A program made the position numbers and the translations under genes. The notes beneath the pieces are model-generated. The model was not told the origin of the DNA, searched no databases, and saw only the letters and a program-made list of their open reading frames with translations. Below are positions 35,345 through 47,993 of a DNA stretch of 64,000 bases, piece after piece (position 1 is the stretch's first letter; each line of letters begins with the position of its first letter). This stretch comes from Gonapodya sp. JEL0774 (taxonomy: Eukaryota): the NCBI GenBank assembly GCA_027604505.1, contig JADIIX010000036.1:1-64000 (forward strand). The letters are read 5' to 3'.

Positions 35345-36824
35345 TCAATCATTCAGTCTTTGTCCTGCGCCCAGGTGCTCTTCAGCTGGACCAACGCTTC
35401 GCGCAGCACCGTCACGTCTCGCCGGCGGCAGCATTGCGCTGAGCCATTCCGTAACGTTCACACCAGCAGTAGCCTCAGGTAACGGCACTGAAAATGTTGA
35501 TGCGGGTTGTTGTGTGACTACCGCTGGCGCTGAGCTGAGGTACCCACCCCTCCCGCCAGGTACGGCTGGCTGCTGCTCTCCAACAGAGCTGGTAGGTACT
35601 ACGCGTCCACCACGCCGGACCTGCCTCGATTCCCCCTCCGTCATCCACCGCCTCCACGACTGCACTTCGGCTCCGATCCAGTCAGTGACATCTTCGTTCG
35701 TATACGGGCGCTTGAGCTGGAAAACTTTCGCAGCAACCACTGCTGCCACAAACCCTTGTACCATATGTCGCCACGATTGAATGCCCGAGGTTAAGGACAT
35801 AATGATGGGGAAGTACAGAGGCTGCACGGGGAAAACACCGAAAACATTGATTGTGGTAGTAGTGGGCTCAAGAAAAGCCCACAAAAATAGAGTCGATAAT
35901 TCGAGTTGAGGAGACAACGGTCGAAAGAACGTGGGATCGTACCGAGCGGCATCAGGATCCCCACCGCCGGGAAGGAGGTTGAGGACAAGTTCAGTTGCAA
36001 GAATCGTTCCAGCAGAGACAAGCTGGAGGTGCAGATACGTGTTGGTTCTCGCCCATTCAACAAGCTCATTCATACGCCGCTCCGGTGTCATGGATTGCCA
36101 GTCCACCAAGCCATCGAAAGAGGAGCCCGTCTTCGCCTCGAGTTTAGAGCCATAGTCAAATATCATCCAGCCCCGACGCGCCACATCAAATGTAGACCAA
36201 CCAAGAACAAAAAATGAGACGGGGATACGGTAAAGTTGAAGGCGAGGGACAAGGGCATAGGATGGATGGAAGAGGGACAGTGAGGGGGACGGGAACAGAC
36301 CAATTGATTGGACAAGGTGGATGGAGACGCCAGCTGATATGTGAAATGTCGTTAGCGGGTATGATATCGCAAAATCCTGTAAGTAGACGGATGCGATAAG
36401 CTCGCTGATTCTGAGGGGAAATCACCGATTGAAATTTCATTCTCACCTCAGCGTATCGCTTCAGGGGGCCAAGTATCGCCGGAGCGCCAGCGCGAGCAAT
36501 TGCCGCGTATCCGGCAAGCTGAGTAGCAAGGCTAGCCCCGGTTCCTGATTGTCTGCGGGTTGATTGCTGAGTGAATGGCCGATTCGAAGAAGGATTTTCG
36601 TACATGGAACCTGGTTCATAACCGGGTTGACGATAGATCGTCTGAGCTGGCAAAGTTGGAGCTGATTGATGATCTGCATCATATTGTTCTTCTGCTCTCC
36701 CTCTGTTTTCATTGGTGTAAAGTGGTTGGAAGGAATACGATCCCACAGGCGATGATCCAAGCGTCCGGGCATCTCCGCCGATCTGGGCCCAGTATCCATC
36801 ATTTGACTGTCTGCCACTCGCCAT
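35345..36824 (-). CDS. Derlin (Der1/Dfm1-like rhomboid pseudoprotease) with C-terminal SHP box
   Basis: MIFDYGSKLE, LFLWA...INVFGVFPVQPLYFP, HMVQG; C-terminus HLGAGQRLND matches a p97 SHP-box pattern. Confidence 0.7.
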
Positions 36825-37219
36825 AGTGGTTGGGTTTCTCCCGTTTCGGTACAGAGTGCGCCGGATATGCACAACGGGTAAACACAAACAGTATCAACGT
36901 GGACAACACAAAGAAGCAAACTTTCTGTCCAAATAATGCCTGCATACCATGAGCCAAGACTGATAAGGGAGCTGTGCTGTACCGTCCGTTATAAGATATT
37001 TTAATCCACATGAATTGATATTGATTTTTCATAACACAACACCACGAATACAGCAATCTTAGTTATGCAATACGTGGAAACTTTGGGATGGATCCATCTG
37101 GACCGTGAATCCGGATGATTTACATCGAGGTTCGGCCCGCGCGTTTCCCCCACCTCGCCCTCAAAAGTGTTCCTCACGCAGATCGAATCCACTCATTATT
37201 GAACTAGTGCCCACACAGG

Positions 37220-38389
37220 ATGGTGAGCACAAAGAGAGCAGTACGGATTGCTTTCCTCAACGGTGGGCATCATGGAGGTGATTTTTTCGCTAAGCATGGT
37301 GGAAGGCGAGACTGGTGAGCGTCCGAAACACGGTTTTCTGGCATTCCGCATCATCGCCAACGTTGGGCTTCACTGTAATAGGTTCCAGAATCTATTTGAG
37401 AAGGCATCATCTAAGTACTTTGCACATCTGAATCTCGATTTGGACGTCGTCGAGTACAATCCAATGCTGCACGAGTGGCCGAACCTGGAACAGGCGGTGT
37501 CCACCGCAAGCCGTAAAGGGCAAAATTCAGTCTCACCCACATCTCTTGCTACCGGTGTAAAATGGGATGGTGTCTTGATACCGGGAAACAGTGAGATTTA
37601 TATCAGAGCACATGTATCGTGGGAGTATCGCTGAGGGTTGGAACCTTGAACACAGGGCTCGGTGCTTACGACAAAGAAGAGTGGATCGTCAATCTTCTTG
37701 CGTTTATGCAGATGGCGTGGGAGGCAACGGAGCTCCCTATTGTTGGAGTTTGTTTCGGTCACCGTGAGTGTCTTTCGAAGTGCATCGGTCCAATCCATGA
37801 ACTTCCCACACTCCGTCTGACACTACACTGGGTGCATCTTAGAGGTTATGGCAAAAGTTTTGGGTGGTGAGGTGACTCTCAACCCGCTTGGACTCGAGGA
37901 CGGGATCACCACAATAGAGCTCTCTGAAGATGGACGAACAGTATTGGGAACAGAGAAAACTTCGTATTCGATATGCGCCGCGCACCAGGTAACTCGATTT
38001 GTAATTGCAGGACTCTCTTGTGGGCAGATGGTAACCGGAATTTCTGACATTCTTTGTTTTTTTTTCAGGATGCAGTGGTGGAGATGCCAAAAACCTCTGG
38101 TGTGGTCAACCTTGGATCAACTGCCATCTGTTCGTACCAGGGATTACATGTTCCTGGCCGCCTTCTCACTGTGCAAAATCACCCTGAATTGTCCGTGGAG
38201 GCAACTATCGATGTGGTCAGTACACACGGAATGGAACCTGCGGCGTTCGAAGCATGGCGCCTGAAACAGGTGGAGTTGGAACCTAAAGGATTGGACAGTG
38301 TCTGGATGGCCGGAAAGCTTCTTGGGTTCATTCTGCGGGGCGGGAAATCCGTACCGACGGATGTGGAGTTGGAGGGTGGTACAGCTTGA
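37220..38389 (+). CDS. Class I glutamine amidotransferase-like protein
   Basis: WDGVLIPG, AYDKEEWI, nucleophile elbow GVCFGH, HQD and VQNHPE (Cys-His-Glu triad). Confidence 0.88.
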
Positions 38390-38665
38390 GCAGTTCGCGA
38401 ACTGCACTAGAAACATTTCTTAAACATCTTTTGTTGTGGTTGTGTATTCACTTTTGGATAATAGATGGTTGTTTGATCACGCCTTTCACCTCCTGCTCCA
38501 GACTTGAATCAGGATACGCAGAACATCGAAATATGGGTGAATATGAAATTTATGTATTTGCAAAAGCAAGAAAAGAAGAAAAGAAAAGGAGAAGTATAGT
38601 CCAGAATGTATAATGTGGTATCAAACCATCCAATTGTGCTCAAAATATCTGTTGAACGACGTGGA

Positions 38666-41425
38666 TCACACGCCATTCTTGCTCCATGCAACCACCTCTC
38701 CCGCCCGACTCGCGAATCCTCGGTGGGACCATTCCGAGCCACCGACTCCTCCAAACGAGCCAAATTTACTTCCAAACTTCCGCTCTGATGTCATGGCCAC
38801 TGTAACAGGTGCCAGTGCTGCTCTCCGCCCTGCCAACCACTCCACTCCCATCGAACCAAGGTTCCACGATGCAGCACCTCTACTCCGACCCGCACCCCCG
38901 GCTCTCCCGTTGCTCGCTTCCGCAGCGGTTTGCGCCTGGAAGCCCCCCACGCCAAACGACCTCGCCCAATTGCCGAACTTGGAGGAACCCGCCCACCCCA
39001 TTGCTGCCGAGTATGTTTCGCTCGCCACCAGTGGGCGAGATCGGTGCGGGAGCCAGAAGGAGGTGCGAGCCGTTTGGTAAGGGGATTCGAACTGGGACAG
39101 GTTCGGGAGAGGATATCGAGTTGCCAGTGTCCACACTGCGGCGAACGTTACGAACGGAATCTTGGACAGCACAATGCGCGCGGGTCCCGGGGTGAGAAAC
39201 AGGGACAGAACTCCATGAAGAGCTCGAGCTGCCACCGTTGGCGATGCTCGGAAGGGACGAATGGCCGCCCGCGAAGACAAAGTCACCCAGTTCCGCGAAG
39301 GGGAGAGGGCGTAAGCTCTTGGCATTGTCCTTATCGACCCGGGCGCTGTCCATGCCGCCGATCCCGCTCCACGAACTGCCGCCGCCGAACGAGCCGAGGC
39401 CGTCGAAGCGCCCCACGATGCCAAGATGGCCAGGAGCGCTGAGACCAGGAGAGCGGAAGGAGGAGAGGCGGGAGGATCGAGGACCAGATCGAGGGATGGA
39501 GAGCGGAGAGCTGGTGAGGATGCCGAGGCCGGGACCCAAGGCTGGGCGGAGGAGGTGTTGGAGGCGGAGCTCGCCGGCGTCCGCTGCGGGGACGGGCCGC
39601 CGGAAACATTGGACGTGGACACGATGTTGCCGAGATCCAAGGTCGACCCCTTCGACTTGGACACCATCGACCAGACAGAGCTCGCAGCGACCCAGACGCC
39701 GACAACAGCGCCGAGGACAGTGAAGCGAGAGTCGAGCCACGCCGCAGCGCCGGCCGCGGCGGCCTGGCGAGAACGCTGGGCGGGAAGCATGGCCAGTGCG
39801 ACGGGCAGGGATCCTGCCGGGAAGGGAGTCATACGTGGCTGCTGGTCCAATATGATGTCAAGCCCGTCAAAATCTGGAGACAATGAAGGGACGGGGCTGG
39901 GACTCGGGGATGGGAATCTTTGGGCGTATGTTTCCGGAGTGGCGATCGGGGAAGCCTCTGCAGGGCTGCCGAGGCCGGCGAGCGGGGTTGATGTGGAAGA
40001 ATTCGATAACGGAAGGAACGCATCGCGGGGGAGGAGGAAGGGATCGGTGGCAGGTGGAGTTGACGGGGCCGATGACAGGGGGGGCGAGTCGGGAAGGGTA
40101 CGAGGTGGATTCGGTGCGGGTTGAAGGGCGTGTGGCACGATCGCTTGGGCTGCAACACTTGCAGCCCAAGAAATGGCACCAGAGAGACGGGTAGCCAGGT
40201 CGCGATTCATGGTTTCAAGGTCCGAGACACGGCGAGCGAGATTGGCGTTCTCAGACGCGAGACGGGTGTTGGTAGCCTCCAAGTCACGGAAGTAGTATTT
40301 CTTGCGATCTCGTGACTCCTATTGTGTGTATGGGACAGTCCCAGATTGTGAAAAACGGTGAGCGCCATGAGATTAAAGAGGGCCCACAGAAACTTCAAAC
40401 ACTGACCTGAGCAGCCATGCGATTTCTCTGCATTCTCTCTTTAATTTTCTCCGCCTTCTGTTCCTCAGTCAAAGCTATCTTGCGCCTATTGTGCGATGAG
40501 GTGGTTGCAGACCGGCGCTGTGCAGTTGTGGTCGTTGTCCGGGACACACCGGCGACAGGCGGTGACCTAGTTCCTGATCCCGAGGAGGCGCTCGATACCG
40601 ACATGCTGCGTCCATTGGCCCGCCTTTGGACGCTGGCAGGATCAGTTAGGCTCTCGCTTCCAAACGAGTGCATAGATGCAACGGACGCTTCCGACAGCGA
40701 CGGAGTGCGTCCAGCTGGCTGGGGAAACCCCGCCACCGAGGGCGGAGAGCCAACCGGAGAAAGCCTTGGGGAGGTCAATGCTGCAGCAGATGATGCGAGA
40801 GCCGAGGCGAGCGTGGAGTCGACAGTTGGTTGCGGGACGGCGATGGGCGACGATGATTCCACCGCAAGGTGCTGCGATTGGTCCGGGGTGGCGAGGATTT
40901 GCACGAGGAGGGCGAGTGCGGGGAGAGAGGGGTAAATGGAGGATGAAAAGGCTGTGGTGGAGGAGAAAGATGGACAGATGAGTGATCCCTTTCAGCCGAA
41001 ACAGAATCGGGAGAATACACATCTCGGTAGAAGAGTGACCGCGGTTTCTATTTTACCGAAAGCAGAGAATCTTATGAACGAAACTTTTTTTATGATTCTT
41101 TCGTTCTCTCTGATCCTTTGCGTTCTCATCTCCGTCCGCTGAGCCCTTATCCTCGATGCACGGACATACCTTCAGAATCTGAATCGACCTTGACTGTCAC
41201 AGTAGAGTCCTCCATATCCATAAATTGCTCATCTTGCGAACAAAAGTCTGTGGAGTATGGCTGGTTGTCCTCGATAGAAGAGCGTCTCCAATCGGAAATG
41301 GGGGAGTGGGATGGCGATGACGGCGGAGGAGAGAGTGGTAGCACAGTGGAGGAATCACCCAAATCGTCACCATCGAGATTGAAGAAGAGCGACTCCAACT
41401 CTGCTTCTGTTCTGAGAGCGTCCAT
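38666..41425 (-). CDS. bZIP transcription factor, Hac1/XBP1-like basic region, with downstream hydrophobic segments
   Basis: Spliced LTEEQKAEKIKERMQRNRMAAQ|ESRDRKKYYFRDLEATNTRLASENANLARRVSDLETMNRDL (basic region plus leucine heptads); acidic N-terminus. Confidence 0.8.
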
Positions 41426-44400
41426 GGTTGCTGAGTTCCGTGCTTTTCTTTTTCCGATGCGAAGCAGTGGCCCACGCTAACTTATCACCGCGAGTGCAAC
41501 CGGGTTCAAGTGACTTCTTGTCGCATGCAACGGCTTTGAACGCCGAATCGGGTATGCGGAAATAACAAGATTTGCTTTGGGAAAATGGAACGGCGTTTAG
41601 GAAGGTTTAGGGCAGAGGGCGCCGGTGACGTTGGGGGCACAGAAGCTCGCATACGTGTCACCAATCAGATTCACCCGGCGCATCGGCGCATCAAAATCGC
41701 GCTGACCACGAATTTTATTCGGCTTGAACACCGGTAATGATTGAAAAAAGCTCTAGGAAGATGCACGATTTTCTGTTTATTGGCATAGATTCATATGAGC
41801 AGAGAGAGCATAGATGAAGTTGGATCCACTGTCTTCATCACTCCCACGCGCCGATAGACGGAGGGTTCATTTGAACAGCGATATCTACATTGGAACTCGG
41901 ATTCACCGAATTTGTAACAGTTGAACGTCTTCAAGTATAGTTCTGGCGCTCTGTCGGTTGTGATCCACAGTCCCGTTGATGCTTGTGGCGGAGCCACGCC
42001 ACACAAAACCGACCCACTTTTGTTGCGAACGCGTGTTCGCTCTCCCGCTTCAATCGGACTCCAGCAAGCGCAGTCAGCGCTCACACGGCTTACTGTACTA
42101 TCAAAGGCGAAATTCTATCCTTGCATCTTTCTAAAGTCGTAAGCTTCAACACATCCTCTGTCGCACCAATCTTGTTTGTTGGGTATTCAACGTCTTCGAT
42201 CTCTCAGGGTGGGCCGAATGAAATCTTGACGATGACGCTGCGTTTCATGTTGTCAGTTGGCCACTGTTTAGGGCAAAGCGGTTGTTGTTCTGACGGAGAG
42301 ATCACACTGAATGCCCGTCGACTGGCTGAACATATACACCTCCGTTTTTCCCCTAAGGATGAGTCGGAGAAGCATTCTACCGGGCTCATTATGCAACTTG
42401 CAGCTGGATCCAAAGCTACCAACAATTATGTGGGCCATAATGAGCCGGGAGCATGATGGTAGCACACTCCTCTCTTCAAGCCCTCGAATCATTCTCTGTG
42501 TTGGTCCATCCCTGCCTTCATCCTCCGTTAGAGGCACTCTGCCTATTCGTTTCCTCCCGCCATCTTCTTCCGACTGTTCTATTTGGTATACACCTCCCTT
42601 CCAGCCCCATTGTGTTGCTTGAACCCGCAAGGATGGGAGTCAAGATTTCTTCACTCCGACCGAACTCCCCACTCCCCGGGAACGCACCGGTGGGACGCTG
42701 GACTTGGCACACAAAGCGTCTGGCAGGCCCACCGGAGGGTGGTAGTAGAAACACACTACGACAATTCGCCAACGGCTTCACTCCACAAGGTTCCGGCAAG
42801 ATCGCGAAATGGAAAGGGGAAATATCGCGGTCATTATCTTGCTATGGGCGTGACTTTGAGTGGATGCGGGTCACCTTGGAGGTGGAAGACATGAGTTCAT
42901 GATGAAGGATCAGCAATCAACGGATGGAGCCCTTGGTGCTGCCGTGAATGGCTCTGTTCGTTGGATAGTTGCTTACGCTATTTTCTTTTCTATTCGCTCG
43001 ACAATCCTGTGTCTATCAGCTGGGCTTTTCCGTTGTTCTCCTCCGCAGAATATTGTGAATGCCGTCTGCCCGGGGCACTCGAGAAATCTCTTCCAATATC
43101 ATGTGATTTCCCTTTCTGCCTCCACCCTTCATGCATCATTACTGAATTTCGGGGCTCACATTGATGGCTGGTTCTGGGTGAGGGCGAAGCCGCTTGGAAG
43201 ATACCTCGAAGCTAGGCGTCTCGAACATCTATGTGAGGTGCTTGTGCCTCTACCATATCATGCGCATTACACCGAATAATTTTTAGAGAGGATGTCTTTC
43301 TTACTACTCTTTCGTATCCCACTTCCGGGGGATTCCCTGCAGGGCGGCGGGCAAAACAGGTGATTTTGTGGGAAGGGGGAGGGGAGGGAGACGGTTTTAT
43401 AGTGCTTCGCAAGCAAGCATTCTGCGGGGAGTACCAAAGAGGGTGTTTATGCGCAGGATAAGTTGCGCTGGGCGGCTGTGTTTGTCCAGCATTGAGTGGG
43501 GGGCCACAATTGCTGTTGGGTTTGGGCTCACTTATGGCGTTCAACTGACAGTAAAAAATTGTGTTTACGTTTACCAAGAACAAAGCGAAAGCTTCTCTGC
43601 CGTGCACTCTCGTGTTCACACAAGCCTGACTTTGGAGCCATCAAGAAGATGAAGAAAGCGAACCTTCTACACTTCGGGAAAAAATTTGCCTGAAATGCAC
43701 AAAAAAATACGCAATCTCGCGTGATCTCTGTCCGAGTTTGTCTGTGCACCGCCCGGCCTCATGTTGCAGCGGGCTGGTGCAATTATTTCTTGCTAACACC
43801 ACCTTACCATTTCTCTCACCACGCCAACTTGAACGTGAGCCTCCCTTCTCTGTGCTTCCCCTGCAATCCTGTTGTAGGAAGGTGAGCTGGCAGATGCGAT
43901 GGGAGAATTTGGGGAATAGCGGAATGTCGAACCCGTGTCAAGCGCTGTGGAACGAACGGAAGGGGTGCTTGGACACGTGCCTAAGCGAGCGGTTCAATAA
44001 TTTGACAGCATGGCGACTGTTGGAATACTGCAGTTTGACCTCTGGAACGGAATATCCATTCGAGAGCCTGTCCATCTCATATCCTCTGTGTTCCGAACAG
44101 GATCCGTCCCCCCACCCAGCATCAATCCCCCTCTCGCTACCGACTGCCCTTGTGGGCTGCTGTATGGATTTCGTGCTTCGCAATATTTTGAACGTCGTAA
44201 TGTCTCCGGTTGCATACATGGCTGTCGCCGCAGAAGCGTCCTCGACAACTCGAGGTGGGTAGCTAGTAGAGCAAATCCAGGTGTTGATTCGAAAAGTGCA
44301 AGAGAGATTATGGGTGAAGTGAGGTCTCTCTGCGTAGGATTGGCACAATCGCGGGTGTATCGTGCTGTGTGGTTGTTGTCCGCAGTTTGATTCATGCGTC

Positions 44401-44731
44401 TTTCAATGCGAACACCGCTGTACACATGACGGGGAGAAATCATTCGTGAACCATCGCATGCACGCTGAATATTTGGGTTCGGGAGCACGCTGTGGGATTT
44501 GCGAACTCTGAACCACACATGTGCTTCCACCAACTTCCCCGCACCCATAACTCCCGCGTTACATGCGCGGATAATTTCTTGCGGCGTCAGACTCTTTCGT
44601 TTTCATTTTCTTACTCGCTCCCCGATTCGCACCCCCCGACAGAACCTTCCACTGCTTTTACAACTCCCCCTTCTGCCTCCCAACTTAGCGATGTGTTCAT
44701 ACAGCCAACCTCTAAACCTCTCCCACTACCG

Positions 44732-45019
44732 ATGAATCTTTCCACCTCGCGTCCCTCTTCCCCAACCTGCTCCTCGGCAACAAATTCTGTATCGTCCAGC
44801 CCCACATCACCGTCTTCGGTGTCCACTCTCCCCATACGGATCCACCCTGCTCTTTCACGCGTCAGGTCATCGGAGTCCACGACTGGCCGGAATCGCAAAC
44901 CATCCACCCACGTTAGTGTGGTAGATACGGAGGATGAGGAAGATATGATTCGTGCTCAAAAGTGGGCAGAGCTACTTGGCGGGTGGGGCGTTATCACGGC
45001 AAGGAGGGTGACAGTTTAG
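44732..45019 (+). CDS. Small Ser/Pro-rich hypothetical protein
   Basis: Short ORF MNLSTSRPSSP...DEEDMIRAQKWAELLGGWG; no recognisable family. Confidence 0.35.
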   Translation: MNLSTSRPSSPTCSSATNSVSSSPTSPSSVSTLPIRIHPALSRVRSSESTTGRNRKPSTHVSVVDTEDEEDMIRAQKWAELLGGWGVITARRVTV

Positions 45020-45277
45020 AGTCCCTCGGTGGTGTGGCTTATCAGGATTTGATGTAGTGCTTGGATGCAGGACCGTGGGCAAGGCTAGTGACAGAAAAAA
45101 TGCAGGGACTTGTAGACTGGTTTTTATGTGGACTGCGTAATGGTCTATGGCCAATGAGTTGAGTGCGTATTCCTTGTCAATTTGCTTCTCTTAATTTTGC
45201 AAGATACTTGTGTGGGTGCTTGTGTGGGTGACTCGGTAAATGCACTAGCAAAAGTAGAATCTGTAATATTTGAATGA

Positions 45278-45321
45278 GAGTGAGCAGACCACTCGTGCAT
45301 TTCCGAGTGAGCAGACCACTC
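45278..45321 (+). repeat. Two direct copies of hairpin 17-mer GAGTGAGCAGACCACTC
   Basis: Exact copies at 45278-45294 and 45305-45321. Confidence 0.85.
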
Positions 45322-45891
45322 ATGTGTACTTCTGATGGCAGAGCAACCATACCGTTCTGTTGGAAACGTATGGGTTAGGATAGAAAGAAAACTGTATGTA
45401 TAGGTAATCGAATGTAACAGGAATTCCCTTCACGTGGACGAAGCTGCAGTGAGTCGATACATAATTATGTTCCGGGTGGCTGCCTTCAGGCGGCCGGTGT
45501 TCGGAGTGTCACGGAACTTGGGTGCACAAGTACTTTCACATACGCGAATCGAGTCTTCAGGATAAATCCTGGGTGCGCGCTTTTCTCGTAAGGTACGAAT
45601 TTTGGAAAAATGGAGACAAGAGGAAGTGAGAACGGGGCGGGACCGGAGACCGGGTGGAGAGTATGGGAACCGGGAACTCGGTTGGGACGAGAAGGGAATG
45701 CAACGTTCTCGCCGAAGCGGAATCAAGCATCAGCAGTAAAGTCTCGGAAGCTCGGGGGTGTGATGCTCTTGTCGTTGACCTTACCCATGTCCCCATGGCG
45801 CAGGCGTTCCACGTTCCCCAGTTCTATCTGCTCCCGCTTCCTCCCTCCTGACCACGCACTAAGCGACCCTCGTTTGCTGCTCCGACCGTTG

Positions 45892-47837
45892 ATGCCATCT
45901 CCCCCAAAGCCCTGGGAACGAAATAACCCGAACCCTGCCAACGTATCGGGACCCTCCACCACGGAAATCGCAGCTGCCACTGCTGCCGCATCCCCGCCTC
46001 CTCCTACCCCAGAACAGACAGCGTTAGCCTCGGCTGGTTCCGCACCGGCTATTCCGACTCGACCTTCAGCTGGATTCGGTCAGGGAGTGACAGCGGGTGC
46101 TTCGTCAATCGCACAGCAGCAAGCAGCGTCTACGGGAATGACTTCCACCTTTGGTGCCTCGGCGTTGACGTCGCCATACAGTGAGTACTGAAGCATTTGA
46201 GCGTCTTCGGCCGATCTGGGTAGGAGTGATTTGAGTGAAGACGAGGTCAGAGACCGGATTTAGAATTTGAAGTAGTGTCTGAACGACTGAAGTGGGCTGC
46301 GTCGGTCAGAATGCTTGTTTTCTACAACAGTGAGCCGATTCGTTGAGCACCTCGATGTAAGCTAGAGGTAGCAAGCTCGGCCATATGTCACTTGCACAAT
46401 GAATGTGACGTTTGTGTAAGATTGCCACGACGAGGGGCGAAGACAAACGGGGAACATGCTCCGTAGAGCGTATTTTGTAATTGGCTTTTAATGGTTGCTC
46501 TAGCTGCTCTGGTTTTATAAGCAATGCTGACACGGTTCCTTCCATTACTCTTCTGTACCACTACCGCTCCACCTTCCACCTCTTGAAAACTCTCACTTCA
46601 TCCTCTGGACCAAGCATCAGGATTCTCTTCCTACAATTCCTATAATTCCTCCCCCTATTCTTCCTACTCCTCCTATTCGTCCCCGTACTCTTCCTATTCG
46701 TCCCCATACAACCGCTATGGCGGGTACGGATCTTCATACGGCGGCGGATATGGAGGATACGGTTCTTCATACGGCGGATATGGTGGGGGAATGGGCGGCA
46801 TGTACGGAAACCGATTCGGAGCCAACGGAATGGATCCCAACAATCCCAACGGGGGCATGAATCCTTTGATGCAGTCCACCCAAGCTGCATTCGGAGTGCT
46901 TGAAAATGTAGTGCAAGCTTTCCAGGGGTTGGCGGACATGATGGGCTCCACGTTCCACGCAACGACGAGCAGTTGGATGGCACTGATGGCAGTCAGCGAG
47001 CAGTTTGGCAATCTGAGGCAGTATCTTGGAAATGCGCTCAGCCTGATGTGGCTCTGGCGGGCTCTCCGGAACCTGTTGTACCGAGTGACGGGCCGACCCT
47101 TACCAGTGGACAGTGGAGAGCTCAATGCGGGAGAATTCGAACGATTTGATGGGGCGGTCGGCGCTGCAGGGTCGGAAGACCCGGGTACCAGTGCAGGGCG
47201 AAAGGTCTTTTTGGTTTTCTTGTTCTTTGTCGTGGCGGTACCATGGTTGATGAACAAGATGGTTGGAGCGCTCGCAAGGGGTGCCAGGGAAAGAGAGGAA
47301 AAGGCTATGGAAGGTGCGTTCCAGGAAGTATATTGTCCCCCTGGCGGAAGTCGGCTGAATCGGTGATTTTCGTACTGTCCTGTCCACCGGCTGCGTTGTC
47401 CACCAAACTTATGAATGCCCCATTGCAACAAACAATCACAATCAGCCGCTGCATCCAACTCCGCACTTCCGAATTCTCCACCTCCCCCTATTCCCAACAC
47501 CAGCTCTAGCATCTCCCGCGCCAAGCCTCAGGTCACGTTCGCTCGCGCGCTGTACCCATTCCAATCCACCGCACCTGCAGAGCTCGCTCTGCAGCCGGGA
47601 GAGATTGTGGCCGTGATGGCACGAGGTAGTGGGGAGCAGGAGGGTTGGTGGAGGGGAAGAATGCGGGACGGGAGACAGGGATGGTTCCCAGCGAATTACG
47701 TCGAGGAGTTGCCGGAGAGAATCACGATCGGTGTAGGATCAGGAGGAGCGGCAGGGGCGGCGGGGGGAGATGGCGGAAAAGGTGGAATGGGTGGCTCCCA
47801 AGGAGGACTCTCGGAAGGTGGAAAGGTTCTGAATTAG
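45892..47837 (+). CDS. PEX13: Peroxisomal membrane docking protein Pex13
   Basis: MPSPPKPWE start, YG-rich region, QSTQAAFGVLENVVQAFQGLADMMGSTFHAT, TM FVVAVPWLM, SH3 ARALYPF...WWRG...GWFPANYV. Confidence 0.95.
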
Positions 47838-47993
47838 TGGGTGGCTAATGTGTACCGTAACCTATAGCATCTCTGGGATGTCCGGGATGGACTTGTCGTT
47901 GCATTTAGTGTTCAAAGTCCTTGGTCTTTTGCAAATTATATGTTCTTTCTATACATCTACCGATCTATATCGTAAATGCCTTTACCAGGCAAT

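Noticed and set aside
35345..41425. Derlin and the Hac1-like bZIP near each other as an ER-stress cluster
   Set aside because: They are separated by an unrelated GATase; proximity alone is not evidence without conserved synteny.
41790..44550. Several 100-180 aa ORFs
   Set aside because: No recognisable motifs or consistent exon chain, so no gene can be supported.
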